The notes beneath the pieces were generated by a model. It was not told the DNA's origin. It did no database searches and saw only the letters and a list, made by a program, of their open reading frames with translations. Below, piece after piece: positions 24,201-35,098 of a stretch of DNA of 64,000 nucleotides. The translations under genes were made by a program, and so were the position numbers. Numbering within the stretch: the stretch's first letter is position 1; every line of letters begins with the position of its first letter. The DNA comes from Callorhinchus milii (Eukaryota): contig NW_024704742.1 of NCBI RefSeq assembly GCF_018977255.1, positions 5,892,001 through 5,956,000 on the forward strand, written 5' to 3'.

Positions 24201-27200
24201 CTTCAGCTTCAAAATTCCACCACCCATGTCAAACTCCACCCACCCACCCATCACCCTCTGGAGATTGCCAGGTACATAGGATCGTTCTCGTTCTCGTTCA
24301 ACCAATGTATTCTGGAGTGCTGTAGCTCAGTGGTTAGAGCACTCGCCTCGCAAGCGAGAGACCCGCGCTTTATTCCCGGGCAGGGCGAAACCTTGGGCAA
24401 GTTTCCTTACTCCACACACCTCTGTTTGCCAGCAGTAAGTAGAAACCCGATTATTATTCGATTGGCAGATTGCATTTCCAGAGGTAATAATCCCTTTAAA
24501 AAAAATTCCCCTCTCCCTCCCCCACTTCTTCCCCCTCTCTCTCCCTCCCCTTTCTCTCCCTCTCTCTTTTCCTTCTCTTTCTCTCTCTCCCTCATCTCTC
24601 TCTTCCACTTCCCCCTCTGTCTTCCCCCCTTTCCCTTCCCCCCATCCCCTTCTCTCCTTTCTCCCTTTCCCCCGTCTCTCCTCCCTCCCCTGCCCCCTCT
24701 CCTCTCTCCCCCCCTGTCTCTCCCCCCTCTCTTTCCCCCATTCCCCTGCTCTGTCCACCTCAGCTATCTGCAGCGGCAGGAGCCGGCGGTTGGTAAGGAC
24801 ATAGTAGATAAGGAGACATGTTTGCTTTCCCTCAGCTCGGGTACAGACACGAACAACAACAACAGCAATTTGCATTTATATAGCGCCTTTCACACGGGAT
24901 AGTGTCCGGCATTATTTCCACTCTCAGAGCTGTGTCCCCCCCAACTGCTGGCTCCTGCCTTTGCCCTGAGAGGACATTCACCAGAGAGGGAGGGAGGGAG
25001 GGAGGGGTAGTTGGAAATGTTGCAAATGGTCTTGGGCTGGATGCAGCCCGCGAGCTGTCTGTTGGAGCACCCTGGTCAAGACTGTATGAATTCCAAGTGC
25101 TGACGTGGGGCTTGAACCCCCAACCTTCTCCCAATTTTGCCAGCCTAGCACACCAACATTAAAACAGTTGGAAAGGCCAGGAGACAAGACGTGACAAATT
25201 AAGAAGCAGTGGTTAGATCAAATCAAACTCAGTTAATAAAAGGCAGAAGAACGTTAGAGATAGGGACGACTGAGGCAGGTAAGAAGTCATATGCTCTCAA
25301 GTTCCTGGGAAAATTAGATAAATCAGATGTGATCAGTTCGATTTCAAAGTCGTGAAAAGGAACAGCATCAAAGACAGCGACTTTGGAGCTTAGCATGAAT
25401 GAAACGAAGTTGAGAAGAGCCATGATCAAGTTATATACTTAAAATAGAAATATAATATAGCAGGTTTATCTTAAAAGTGGCAATCAACTTTGAGATAATG
25501 GCAAGAATTAAGCCGTTTGAGTAAATAAAGGCGGACAATATGAATTATTTACCTCCCTTTTAATTGTTAATTCCAATTTTTCCACTTGATTTCTTGGACA
25601 CAGATAGTAGAGATTTTCCTGCAAATGATTTCGATCACGTGGAGTATAAGGAATAAAATCATCCTCTTGAGGAAGAAAAAGTACAGGATCCTCTCGCACA
25701 TTGAAGCAAATGATTTCCTTTGTAGATTTTTAAAAAAAAAAGAAACATAATTTTAGATATTTCTTTGCGCAAATAACAATAACTTATAACGTTTACGTTT
25801 ATATAGCCACTTATCTATAGTTCGTCGGTGGAGTCCTGTATTCAGTGGTTAGAGCACTCGCCTCGCAAGCGAGAGCACCTGGGTTCGATTCCCGGGCAGG
25901 ACGAAAGGTTGGTCAAACGTCCTTACTCCGCACGCCTCTGTTTACGAACCCGGTTCTTGCTTTGCAAGCGAGAGACCTGAGTTCAATTCCAGGCAGAGGG
26001 CGAAACCTTGGGCAAGTTTCCTTACTTCACACGCCTAATAATAATCCCTCCAAAAAAAAACAAAAAGTATAATAAATTGGTCATTTTCAAACTATGACTG
26101 TTTGTGGGACATTGTTGTGCGCAATTGGCTGCCGCGTTCGCCCACAAATATACAGTCAATTCACTTTACAGTGTGTTCTGTGAAGCGCTTTGGGACGTCC
26201 TCCTGACGTGAAAAGCGCTATATCAAATGCAAGGATTATTATTATTATTATTATTATTGATTTCTTGGACACAGATAGTAGAGATTTTCCTGCAAATGAT
26301 TCCGATCACGTGGAGTATAAGGAATAAAATCATCCTCTTGAGGAAGAAAAAGTACAGGATCCTCTCGCACATTGAAGCAAATGATTTCCTTTGTAGATTT
26401 TTTAAAAAAAAGAAACATAATTTTAGACATTTCTTTGTGCAAATAACAATAACTTATAACGTTTACGTTTATATAGTCACTTATCTATAGTTCGTCGGTG
26501 GAGTCCTGTATTCAGTGGTTAGAGCACTCGCCTCGCAAGCGAGAGCACCTGGGTTCGATTCCCGGGCAGGACGAAAGGTTGGTCAAACGTCCTTACTCCG
26601 CACGCCTCTGTTTACGAACCCGGTTCTTGCTTTGCAAGTGAGAGACCTGAGTTCAATTCCAGGCAGAGGGCGAAACCTTGGGCAAGTTTCCTTACTTCAC
26701 ACAGAGCCTAATAATAATCCCTCCAAAAAAAAACCAAAACTATAATAAATTGGTCATTTTCAAACTATGACTGTTTGTGGGACATTGCTGTGCGCAATTG
26801 GCTGCCGCGTTCGCCACAAATATACAGTCAATTCACTTTACAGTGTTCTGTGAAGCGCTTTGGGACGTCCTCCCGACGTGAAAAGCGCTATATCAAATGC
26901 AAGGATTATTATTATTATTAGTCGACAGGCAGATCGCCTGTCTGTCTTATCTGACTCTTTTGATCCCCAATAGGACAGGTGGATCTTGCTTCGGGAACCT
27001 AGAGCTCCAGGAATGGTTTTAGCTGTAACCGCCAGAACACTTGTCACCATATTTTAATGAATTTCCCATTTAAGATCTAACGTTTCGAGTATATTTTCTA
27101 CCTGGTATCCTGCCTCCTTCAGCGTGTGTAAAACTTGGCAGAAGCCATTCACAGTTGGTTGTCCCATTCCGTACACTGGATAATCACCCTGAGACTGTCG

Positions 27201-29732
27201 AAAGTTTGGTGCCCCACAATTACTGAGAGTAAGGAGGACATCAGCTGTGTTATTCAGATCTTTCACCATGAAGTACTTCCCCTGAAAGGATATAATTCAT
27301 CGCTTAAAAAAAAAGTAACAGCAAAACATTTCACCGGATAAACGTCACAATTAGTTTTTTTTGTGACATTGTTTTTCCTTTTTAAAGTAATTTGCACTCT
27401 TCAGTGTGAGCGAAGTTAATCAACAGCAAACAACAACAACTTATATTTATATAGAGGCTTTCCTGTCGCAAGGATGTCCCAAGGTGCTGGACAGCCTGTA
27501 TTTGCATCTGATGGATTCAGGAGGGGTGGGGGCCAAGGAGGGTGGGGATGGGAAGATGAGTGAGGATGCCGTAAAAGACAGACCTTGAAGGAAGCAAGGG
27601 AAGGGGTGAGGCAAATGGACTCCAGGATGGAGCTCCATCCCTACTGCTACACCCCTATGCCATTATCTGTTTATTCCAATTTCTGTTGAATATATTTGCT
27701 AATTAACTGTGTACCCGTTTCTCTTAAATATCTTCTAAAAGTACTTTGTGGATATTTTATAGTGAAAACCATAATAATAATAATCCTTGCATTTGTTATA
27801 GCGCTTTTCACGTCTTCTAGACGTCCCAAAGCCCTTCACAGAACACACTGTAAAGTGAATTGACTGTATATTTGTGGGCGAACGCGGCAGCCAATTGCGC
27901 ACAGCAATGTCCCACAAACAGTCGTGGATTGAAAATGACCAATTTATTATTGTTTTGTGTTTTGGAGGGATTATTATTAGGGCTGTGGGCCCAGTAAAAC
28001 GAAAGCTATATAGAAATGCTTATAAACCTATTGGTGTAGAGTCCTATTTGCGGAGTCCTGTACCTCAGTGGTTAGAGCACTTGCCTTGCAAGCGAGATAC
28101 CTGGGTTCAATTCCAGGCAGAGGGCGAAACCTTGGGCAAATTTCCTTACTCCACACAGAGCCTAATAATAATCCCTCCAAAACAATAATAAATTGGTCAT
28201 TTTCAATCCACGACTGTTTGTGGGACACTGCTGTGCGCAATTGGCTGCCGCGTTTCGCCCACAAATATACGGTCAATTCACTTTACAGTCTATTCTGTGA
28301 AGTGCTTTGAGATGTCGAGAAGACGTGAGAAGTGCTATATCAAATGCAAGGATTATTATTATTATTGTCCTCAGAGGGCACGTCTATCTGCCAGGAGCTC
28401 AGATCCATGAAGAAGGACTGTTTGCACACAGGTCTTATATGCCACAAGCTTGACCTGCACTGGGTCCTCGGTCTCTTTGAAGGAAGACAAGCACAACCAG
28501 AGTCTCCTTTGCCTTCAGGACAGTGTCCAAGCAAAAGTTGGTGTCGGCCACAGCCCTCAGGTACTGATAAGAATCAACAATTGGGACTAGCCTCCCTCGT
28601 ATCTTCCAATCAATTCCCTCAAGACTATAACTTGTCTTGAGCCGAGCAGAACCGCGATTCCCTACTTGTCTCCACACTCAACCGGCTCCGGCCTTTATCA
28701 CGTCTCTTGACCCTTCCGCTCCACCATCGGCGACTGTGCTTTTAGCTGCTACGATCAGAGACTCTGGAACTCTCTGCCTCAATGCCTCTGCCTTGTTCAT
28801 CCTTCCCCATCTTCAGATTGCATCTGAAGACCTTCTTCTTTGCCTGTGCTTACAGTCACCTCCCCTCTCTTCGGCTCAGTGTCAAGCTCTGCCACTAATT
28901 AAGCACTCTGACATAACCCTATGTGAAGGGTGCTGTATAAATGCAATTTGTTCTTGTACTTACCTGCACAAGGAAGTGCTCAGGCAACTTGTCATTTATC
29001 CTGCCAGTAATGTAATGGGCCTTAAGAAAATCATCATGAATTTGAAATTCTTCCTTCAAATTGTACCTAATAATAGGCAGAACATGTGAGATTAATATAA
29101 TTTATTAACTAAACATGAATACTATGATATGCAAATTGGTCGTAGTTTTGTTTCATATTTATCCTAACAGATACAAGTTTGTCATCTCATGCTTCCAAAG
29201 ACAACCCCCACCATATTTCCGTTGTAGCAACCGAGTTTTTGTAAAGTGACTCCAATACCTTGGCCTCTACTGCCCTGCATGGGTTGAGGCAAACGTGTGC
29301 GGTTAACTTGTTGCTCGCCATGTCAAACAGTTTGATGGAGCAATAAAAAAGGCAAACAGAATATTGGGCTATTTTGCCAAACCGGCAGAAATCAGCTCTT
29401 TACGCTCAAACTGTAAAGTTCCAATACCATGAGTTTCACAGATGTTGCCATGGAGAATTGGCACTGGGGAGTCTGCTCCCAACACATCCAGTTTGATAGA
29501 TATCAAACATATTGCTCAATTGAATATTCTTTCCTTATTAATTGAAGACATCAGCAGTTACTCACGTGATCACAACAGGTGATACGTTGTTGGTGATGAT
29601 GGATTTTGCTTTGCCCGCAGTAGTACTGATATCCTCAGACTGGTTGGCAGCTGCAGACGGTTTGTGAATGGTAGAGTTTGGCTGGGCAGCGGTTGGCACA
29701 CGTTGCTGGCTGGCACTGGCAGTTGTACCCAT
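3134..29732 (-). CDS. Paladin (PALD1)-like phosphatase-domain protein, complete 19-exon CDS, 861 aa; possibly a paralogue rather than the PALD1 orthologue
   Basis: Manual join of 29566-29732, 28964-29066, 27102-27281, 25553-25717, 23871-24031, 22597-22672, 21763-21911, 21321-21402, 20027-20131, 18854-18949, 18116-18250, 16829-16945, 15972-16151, 14659-14856, 13377-13517, 11548-11619, 10814-10954, 7213-7368, 3134-3295. All introns are GT-AG with matching phases, total 2586 nt, no internal stop. Starts MGTTAS and contains the paladin motifs [20 protein letters not shown] and twice LERYFYLI. Confidence 0.92.
5820..6141 (+). mobile_element. full-length tRNA(Ala)-derived SINE with Deu-like core and L2-type tail (dominant young family)
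   Basis: A box TAGCTCAGTGG, TGC anticodon loop, core GCTGTGCGCAATTGGCTGCCGCGTT, tail AAGCGCTATATCAAATGCAAGG(ATT)n; more than 20 copies or fragments in the window. Confidence 0.9.
6537..6631 (+). mobile_element. internally deleted SINE (tRNA head fused to the (ATT)n tail)
   Basis: The head runs directly into CCAAGGATTATTATT. Confidence 0.75.
7213..7368 (-). CDS. paladin-like coding exon 18 (SKSAK...[23 protein letters not shown]...WITE)
   Basis: 156 nt, tttag/gtacga. Confidence 0.92.
8490..8960. repeat. ~450-bp interspersed repeat; other copies at 15284-15490, 31590-32045 and 55185-56100 (interrupted)
   Basis: Shared blocks TTCCTGAGCCA..TCTGCA, CTTGGAAGG..CAGTCACTGG, CCTGTTAACC..CAAGCCAAA and CATGTGTCAG. 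Confidence 0.75.
10814..10954 (-). CDS. paladin-like coding exon 17 ([12 protein letters not shown]...[18 protein letters not shown])
   Basis: 141 nt, ctcag/gtacaa. Confidence 0.92.
11548..11619 (-). CDS. paladin-like coding exon 16 ([24 protein letters not shown])
   Basis: 72 nt, tgtag/gtaaga. Confidence 0.92.
11790..12158 (-). mobile_element. tRNA-derived SINE, full length
   Basis: Reverse complement of the family consensus. Confidence 0.88.
12970..13298 (+). mobile_element. L2-type LINE 3' end
   Basis: [12 protein letters not shown]...GGRAFS...LWNSIP...[10 protein letters not shown] plus (TTG)n tail. Confidence 0.85.
13377..13517 (-). CDS. paladin-like coding exon 15, carrying the second CX5R motif ([15 protein letters not shown])
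   Basis: 141 nt, catag/gtaact. Confidence 0.9.
13755..13995 (-). mobile_element. CR1-type LINE fragment
   Basis: [10 protein letters not shown]...SRTRGHQF...[11 protein letters not shown]. Confidence 0.8.
14659..14856 (-). CDS. paladin-like coding exon 14 (KIENAAK...[15 protein letters not shown])
   Basis: 198 nt, tacag/gtaagt. Confidence 0.88.
15490..15830 (-). mobile_element. RTE-like LINE ORF fragment
   Basis: [37 protein letters not shown] resembles the pre-RT NYRGISL motif. Confidence 0.65.
15972..16151 (-). CDS. paladin-like coding exon 13 ([15 protein letters not shown]...VNLREEAVL...EQLE)
   Basis: 180 nt, tacag/gtaatg. Confidence 0.9.
16205..16576 (-). mobile_element. tRNA-derived SINE, full length
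   Basis: Ends ...ctgagctacaggactcc. Confidence 0.88.
16829..16945 (-). CDS. paladin-like coding exon 12 (VADDYL...[20 protein letters not shown])
   Basis: 117 nt, tacag/gtcagc. Confidence 0.9.
16972..17279 (-). mobile_element. tRNA-derived SINE, full length
   Basis: Family consensus, minus strand. Confidence 0.88.
18116..18250 (-). CDS. paladin-like coding exon 11 ([13 protein letters not shown]...QLCVL)
   Basis: 135 nt, ttcag/gtaggt. Confidence 0.88.
18854..18949 (-). CDS. paladin-like coding exon 10 (GLHPRKQW...[17 protein letters not shown])
   Basis: 96 nt, tttag/gtcagt. Confidence 0.9.
20027..20131 (-). CDS. paladin-like coding exon 9 ([16 protein letters not shown]...RNQ)
   Basis: 105 nt, ttcag/gtacaa. 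Confidence 0.88.
20268..20860 (-). mobile_element. CR1-type LINE 3' fragment
   Basis: [50 protein letters not shown], then the 3' UTR and an (ATTCTATG)-type tail. Confidence 0.88.
21321..21402 (-). CDS. paladin-like coding exon 8 ([27 protein letters not shown])
   Basis: 82 nt, attag/gtatga, phase 2 to 0. Confidence 0.85.
21763..21911 (-). CDS. paladin-like coding exon 7, carrying the first CX5R motif ([15 protein letters not shown])
   Basis: 149 nt, tctag/gtaagg. Confidence 0.9.
22597..22672 (-). CDS. paladin-like coding exon 6 ([25 protein letters not shown])
   Basis: 76 nt, cttag/gtaagt. Confidence 0.9.
22921..23257 (-). mobile_element. tRNA-derived SINE
   Basis: Family consensus with a partly deleted head. 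Confidence 0.85.
23871..24031 (-). CDS. paladin-like coding exon 5 (LMDFAIL...[15 protein letters not shown])
   Basis: 161 nt, tttag/gtactt. Confidence 0.9.
24314..24505 (+). mobile_element. SINE 5' half, followed by a polypyrimidine tract
   Basis: tRNA head plus the start of the body. Confidence 0.85.
24506..24760 (+). repeat. ~250-bp C/T low-complexity tract
   Basis: Almost purely pyrimidine. Confidence 0.9.
25553..25717 (-). CDS. paladin-like coding exon 4, intact copy ([15 protein letters not shown]...ELTIKRE)
   Basis: 165 nt, aag/gtaaat. Confidence 0.9.
25830..26256 (+). mobile_element. composite SINE (CGC-loop head fused to a 5'-clipped TGC-loop SINE); duplicated at 26500-26920
   Basis: Two successive anticodon-arm/B-box segments. 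Confidence 0.85.
26257..26388 (-). pseudogene. truncated duplicate of paladin-like exon 4 (132 of 165 nt, no splice donor)
   Basis: Near-identical to 25586-25717 at an offset of 671 bp; the frame runs into TAA in the adjoining SINE tail. Confidence 0.85.
27102..27281 (-). CDS. paladin-like coding exon 3 (GKYFMVKD...CGAPNFRQ...GYQ)
   Basis: 180 nt, ttcag/gtagaa; overlaps ORF 27054..27269. Confidence 0.92.
27771..27986 (-). mobile_element. SINE 3' portion
   Basis: Family consensus, minus strand. Confidence 0.88.
28052..28366 (+). mobile_element. tRNA-derived SINE, full length
   Basis: Family consensus. Confidence 0.9.
28964..29066 (-). CDS. paladin-like coding exon 2 ([18 protein letters not shown]...PEHFLVQ)
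   Basis: 103 nt, ttag/gtaagt, phase 2 to 0. Confidence 0.92.
29566..29732 (-). CDS. paladin-like coding exon 1 ([10 protein letters not shown]...[16 protein letters not shown])
   Basis: tttag acceptor just before ATG, gtgagt donor; N-myristoylation-type MGxxxS start typical of paladin. Confidence 0.9.
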
Positions 29733-29871
29733 ACTAAACTTACAGCTCAACAAAGCAAAGCAAAGAAATTTATTTATCACCGAGAAAGAATCGGATATTC
29801 TGAATAACAAAAACTGAAGGCAAGTATTCTTCTTGTTAAATTATTATTATATGAATAATGCTTGCGTTTGA

Positions 29872-30135
29872 TATAATAATAATAATCCTTGAATTTGATA
29901 TAGGGCCTTATCACGTCTTCGAGACGTCTCAAAGCGCTTCACAGATTATACTGTAAAGTGAATTGACTGTATATTTTGTGGCGAAACACGTCATCCAGTT
30001 GCGCACAGCAGCGTCCACACAAACAGTCGTGGATCGAAGTGACCAATTTATTATTTTTTTTAAAAAAAGGAATTATTACCCCCAGAAAAGTGATCTGCCA
30101 ATTAACTAATAACCGTGTTCCTACTGACTGCGAGG
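29872..30135 (-). mobile_element. SINE 3' portion
   Basis: Family consensus. Confidence 0.85.
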
Positions 30136-32284
30136 TAAAGGGTCGAGACAAATATTTCTTGAGGAGGGGAGCAAGGGAGTAATAATAGTTAGTCAGGCCA
30201 GAAAGAGGACAAGAGAGAGGAAAATGTTTTCATTCAGAAGACATTTATATTAGCAATAACATTTTATGTTGGTATTTATTTTTAGCGTTTGAGTCCAAGT
30301 ACCTGATATCAGAGTGTTTGAATCACGGTATCTAACATGCGAGTGTTTGAATCCGAGTATCCTTGCATACGTTTGGTATAGCACGTTTCAAATCAGGTTG
30401 TTATCTCAAACCCTTCGCAAGATTTACTGCGAAGTAGCGTGACTGTATTTGTAGGCAAAGGTGGCAGCACAGTTGTGCACAGCAATGTCCCACGCACCGC
30501 CAATTTTGTCAACAGCCAATAAAGGAATGGCTAATTTTATTTGGGGGATTGTTGCCCCAGATACTGGGAGAAACTCGTTTCTCTTTTCGAGTAGTGATTT
30601 GGGAAGTTTAACATCCACCTGAAGAGGCTGACAGGACATATAGGATCAAAGGAACAGGAGTAGGCCATTCAGCCCATCAAGCCTGTTTTGCCATTCTATA
30701 AGATCATGGCTGATCTGTACCTCAAGTGCAATTACCGAATCCCTTGATAACTTGACTTAATAAATATCTATTCACCTCAGTCTTGAAGATGTGAATGGAT
30801 CCAGCACCTTGGCTTAACGTCTCATCTTAAAGGACAGTACCTCTGATGCTGCCACACATCCCATCACTGCACTGGAGTTTTAGCCGAAGACTACGTGATG
30901 TGGGGCTCGAGCCCACAATCTTCAGACTCAGAGGTGGGAGTGCTACATTGCGCAGTAGAGAGTAGTATCTGCACTAATTGGGATCCTTTGTGGATAAGCA
31001 AACAATGGGGAGAATTGGACATCTTGCAAAATGCAAATTGCCTACAGAGATAACTGAAAAGTTGTTCTGTCGGGAGTTATATGGTCCCTACAGTACCATG
31101 CCGTGCCAGTTCCTCTCACTAATATAATAATAGTCCTTGCATTTGATATGATGCCTTATCACATCGTCAAGATATTCGATAGTGAGATTTACGAGATGCA
31201 ATGTTATGTGTTGTAACTGTATTTGTAGGCTATATATGTTAGCAAATTAATTTTGAAAATATGCCTCATACCTGCTCCCTCGACCCCATCCCTGCACTTA
31301 GACACCCATACACCCAGAGAGAGATACACACAACAACTTGCACTTATATAGCGCCCTCCACGCATGATAGCGTCTCAGAGCACTTAACAGTGGGTTTCCT
31401 TGTATCTTGCCCCGTAAGCACTAAATGCTTCTTTACATTTCTTAATATTTTGATTCATCCATGGAATCCCAGAGTATGAGCTACTCGATTCCAGTTTAAA
31501 CATTTCCCTTTCTATTTGCTGATCAGTGTAGTCACAGTTGCATTGATTGCACTCCTACAGATAAGTGCTCTTGTACATGTTACCAATTAGCAGGTTGTGA
31601 TACTGTATGATGCATCCGACAGAACAGCCCACCCTGGCTCATCAGCAGGACCTGGAAGGACAGACCAGTCACTGGAGACAGGGAGTCATCCCATTCAGCT
31701 CCTGTTAACCCTGCAAGCCAAAACCTTAACAGGTTGGTGGTCCTAGCTGGACAATCGGCAGGAAAACGTGCCAGCAATATCAATGGCAAGCTGGTTAGAC
31801 TCCAGCAATTACCCCAACGCACACACTGGGGTCCCCAATCCTCGGCACTTGCCAACCTGTGTCTAATACTTTCTGGGACTAGGTAAGCAGGATGTGTCCC
31901 TCCAGAGAGAGAGTGTACATCCATTCCAACAATCTATCACTGGGATTTCCATGTGGCGGTGGGCTGCATGGAATTCTCAGCTTGGCTTGGATATTCTTTA
32001 GCACGGTGATGCGTTTCCCCATGTGTCAGACACCAGGCTGACCATCAGAACAAAAATTGCATCCTACAAGACAGTACATTCATACCATCTAAAAGCAGAT
32101 ACAAGCATCTGTCTCCCAGAGTTCTCACATGGGTGTTCCATCTAACCTTATACTAAAGATGTACACCATGTTTACAGCATTGATATAAACTATTGCACCT
32201 ATACAAAATGTAGTACAACATCATTTCATTCTTCACCAGGATAAAACCATGAGCTCCTCTGCTATTTTAGGATATGCAACTTAC

Positions 32285-32365
32285 CCAATTCACAGTAAGC
32301 ACAAACAGAAGCTGACACTGGCGGCAGCAGAATGGATTGTCAGCTTTCACCCTCCGACTCTTATA
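32285..32365 (-). promoter_or_regulatory. candidate non-coding first exon and TATA-like promoter of the paladin-like gene
   Basis: Strong donor TGG|gtaagt at 32285/32284; TATAAG at ~32359-32365; coding exon 1 has an acceptor immediately before its ATG, so an upstream exon is needed. Confidence 0.35.
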
Positions 32366-34763
32366 GCTCTCACGTCCGGCCTATGATGCGCCAACTCAGC
32401 AAAGTTTCTGAATTCAAAAAAATCATTCAAGAATTAACTGGATAAAGATTCAAAATCTGCCTGGTGGGGAAAACACACCATTGTTGTTTGTTCTTCCAGT
32501 ATGGCACTGGGGTTTCTGAATCACATGCCCATGTGTATTACAAAGCCTCAGAGATATATGTTTTTGAGCATTAGACACTAACAAGCCTCAACTTGCAAAT
32601 CATCACACCTTGTGTATATGTCAGCCACAATATATTTACTGGCAACAGTGATGTGAATGACTTTTTTTTGCTGTACTTTCAAAACACATCCATAGTTAAA
32701 CCCTTCGAGAACTGAATTTTACACTTTGCAGATTAAGTGTTTTACAATAGACTAATATCTAGAGGAAATATATTTTGCAAAGAACTGGAGGGTTTTAAAA
32801 AAATATTTCATAGTCTGCTACACATTAGATTTTTCTAACCTTGCTTTAATTCATGTATTTCAGGGACAGGTGGGACCCAAAGACCATCTACCCTCGGCTT
32901 CCCCACGCTGGTCCTCTGCTCAATATGATCTCATCACATCTATTAAGCTACTAAAAAAAATCCTTCACCTCCTTAACATTGCATAAGTCTCCCTGGTGCA
33001 ACACACTTTCTGATATCGAACCCTCCTGTGTCAAGACAGCTCAAAATCTGGCGTCATTCTGGACCACACAAAAATACGAGCTGCAGAGTTCTGAAGAATC
33101 GGTAGTTTTTGAAGGGAAAAGTTGGTAAGTCAGGCGAGCGGGAGTTAGCAAAGTCAAGGCTGGAGGTTATAAAAGCAAGGACAGTGATGGTCTTTCAGGT
33201 ATAATTGTTAAGTATAGTTACTGACTCGTCATTCAGGTTGAAACGGGTGGTGTCTGGTATCTGCTGGAACATGAGCTTTGTCCCTACTCTTATCTATCTT
33301 ATCCACTTCACTCATATCCATCCTTTAGTTACCTTAAAGAGACTCTTGTCAGGATAATAATAATAATACTTGCATTTGATATAGCGCTTTTCACGTCGGG
33401 AGGACGTCCCAAAGCGCTTCACAGAACACACTGTAAAGTGAATTGACTTTAAAGTGAATTGATCCCTTAGCTCCACTCATTTCATTTCAACCTCCTTGTT
33501 GATTCCATACATCTGTTTCCCCAATACTTTCAAAGATACTTTTAAGATCCTGGTCTTAAATCCTTCCAGCCTGCTTCTTCCCCCCCTGCCCCAATTGCTA
33601 GCTCTGCAATCTTCTCCAACCTTTTAAGACTATTCTCTTCTGACTCTTGGCCCAATAAGCTTTTCCCATTGGTACGATTTTATCCAGTCTGCATGTCCCC
33701 TCTGGAACTCCCAACACTTATTTTGGCTCGCTGCTTCTCTTGCCTCCAAAAACTGCCTTTGGTCAACTTTTTGAATTATTTCTCTGTTTCATACCACCAT
33801 GTTTGAGCTCAAATATATTTTGTGAAAGGACATTTAATTAATCTTGCAAATCAATAATCTGTGGTCAAAAGTGCAATTCCCTCAAATCTGAGCATAAAAT
33901 GGTCTTTTTTTATATGAAACGTCACTTGTTTTACAACAGACAAGGTATAGTTTCCTGACTAACTTAAACGTCCAAACAGCTCTAACTTTGGATATTAACC
34001 CACGTGTTAATAAGACAAACTTATAACTTATGTGATGAGCCACATGGTAACCAACTGTAAATATCTATGGTTCTATAATGTTTAACTTTATTTGCTATAT
34101 TTCCATATGATAAAACCTGGAGGGAACTGCATTGACCATGACTTTAAATCAAGCGCTCCAAAACCCTCAACACCAAACCGGGTAACTCTCAAAATTCTCA
34201 CCAATTTTTACCATATTCCAAAGTGAAAGTCTCAGGGTGATGTGATAATACTCAAAACAACTCCATTGGGAATCTCCTCCCTTCAGCATCGAATGGCAAC
34301 ACTGACCCCTACCGGTGAACAAAATGATGCATCAAATGTAACAGGGTGTTGGAAAACACTATAAGACATTGGACTCTTGTTTGCTAGAGATGTGCAGCAT
34401 ACGTGGAGAAAGCGAAATGCTGAATGAGAGGGTGGTGTGCAATGCATGTTGAGCTATACTGGAGAATCGTGTGAGAAGCTAAGGGTCTCAGCAGTGATCA
34501 TTCCCCTCATTACTTGGCATGTTGCTGCCGCTCCTTGTTGCAGTGCTGGTCTCCATGAAGTGAAAGGCATTAAAAAGGTTTGTAGGATTGCTTTTAGCTG
34601 AACATTGTGTGTTCATCCACAAGTGGCCGTGCTCAAAGTAACAGCTCCATTTTTTTGCCCGTTATTCTCTTGAAGTTTTAGCTAAAGCTGCACTTGCTCG
34701 ATTTCCAAACCATTAACACAAAGCTAATGGGACCTCTCCGCTCATCAAGCTGTGCTGCAGATA

Positions 34764-35098
34764 GCAATCCTTGCATTTGGTATAACACCTTATTACGTCT
34801 TCGAGACGTCTCAAAGAGCTTCATAGAATATACTGTAAAGTGAATTGACTGTATATTTTGAGGGCGAATCGCAGCAGCCAATTGCGCACAGCAGTGTCCC
34901 ACAAACAGTCGTGGATTGAAGTGAACAATTTTTTTTGAAGGAATTATTACCCCCGGAAAAGCGATCCACCAATCGACTAACAAACTGGTTCCTACTTACT
35001 GCTAGGTAAACAGAGGCGTGTGGAGTAAGGAAACTTGCCCAACATTTCGTCCTCTTGTTTGCGAGGCAAGTGCTCTAACCACTGAGCTACAGGACACC
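34764..35098 (-). mobile_element. tRNA-derived SINE
   Basis: Family consensus. Confidence 0.88.

Larger units (their letters stand above)
25586..26920. repeat. tandem duplication, 2 x ~671 bp (partial exon 4 + intron + composite SINE)
   Basis: 25586-26256 aligns end to end with 26257-~26920, with scattered substitutions and small indels. Confidence 0.92.

Noticed and set aside
24327..24902. Long ORFs of 182 and 190 aa
   Set aside because: Products of SINE plus low-complexity pyrimidine sequence
26257..26388. Duplicated exon 4 as a mutually exclusive coding exon
   Set aside because: It lacks the last 33 nt and the donor, and hits a stop immediately
26443..26460. Plus-strand ITITYN resembling paladin VITYN
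   Set aside because: Wrong strand and intronic; the real junction is encoded by exons 1 and 2
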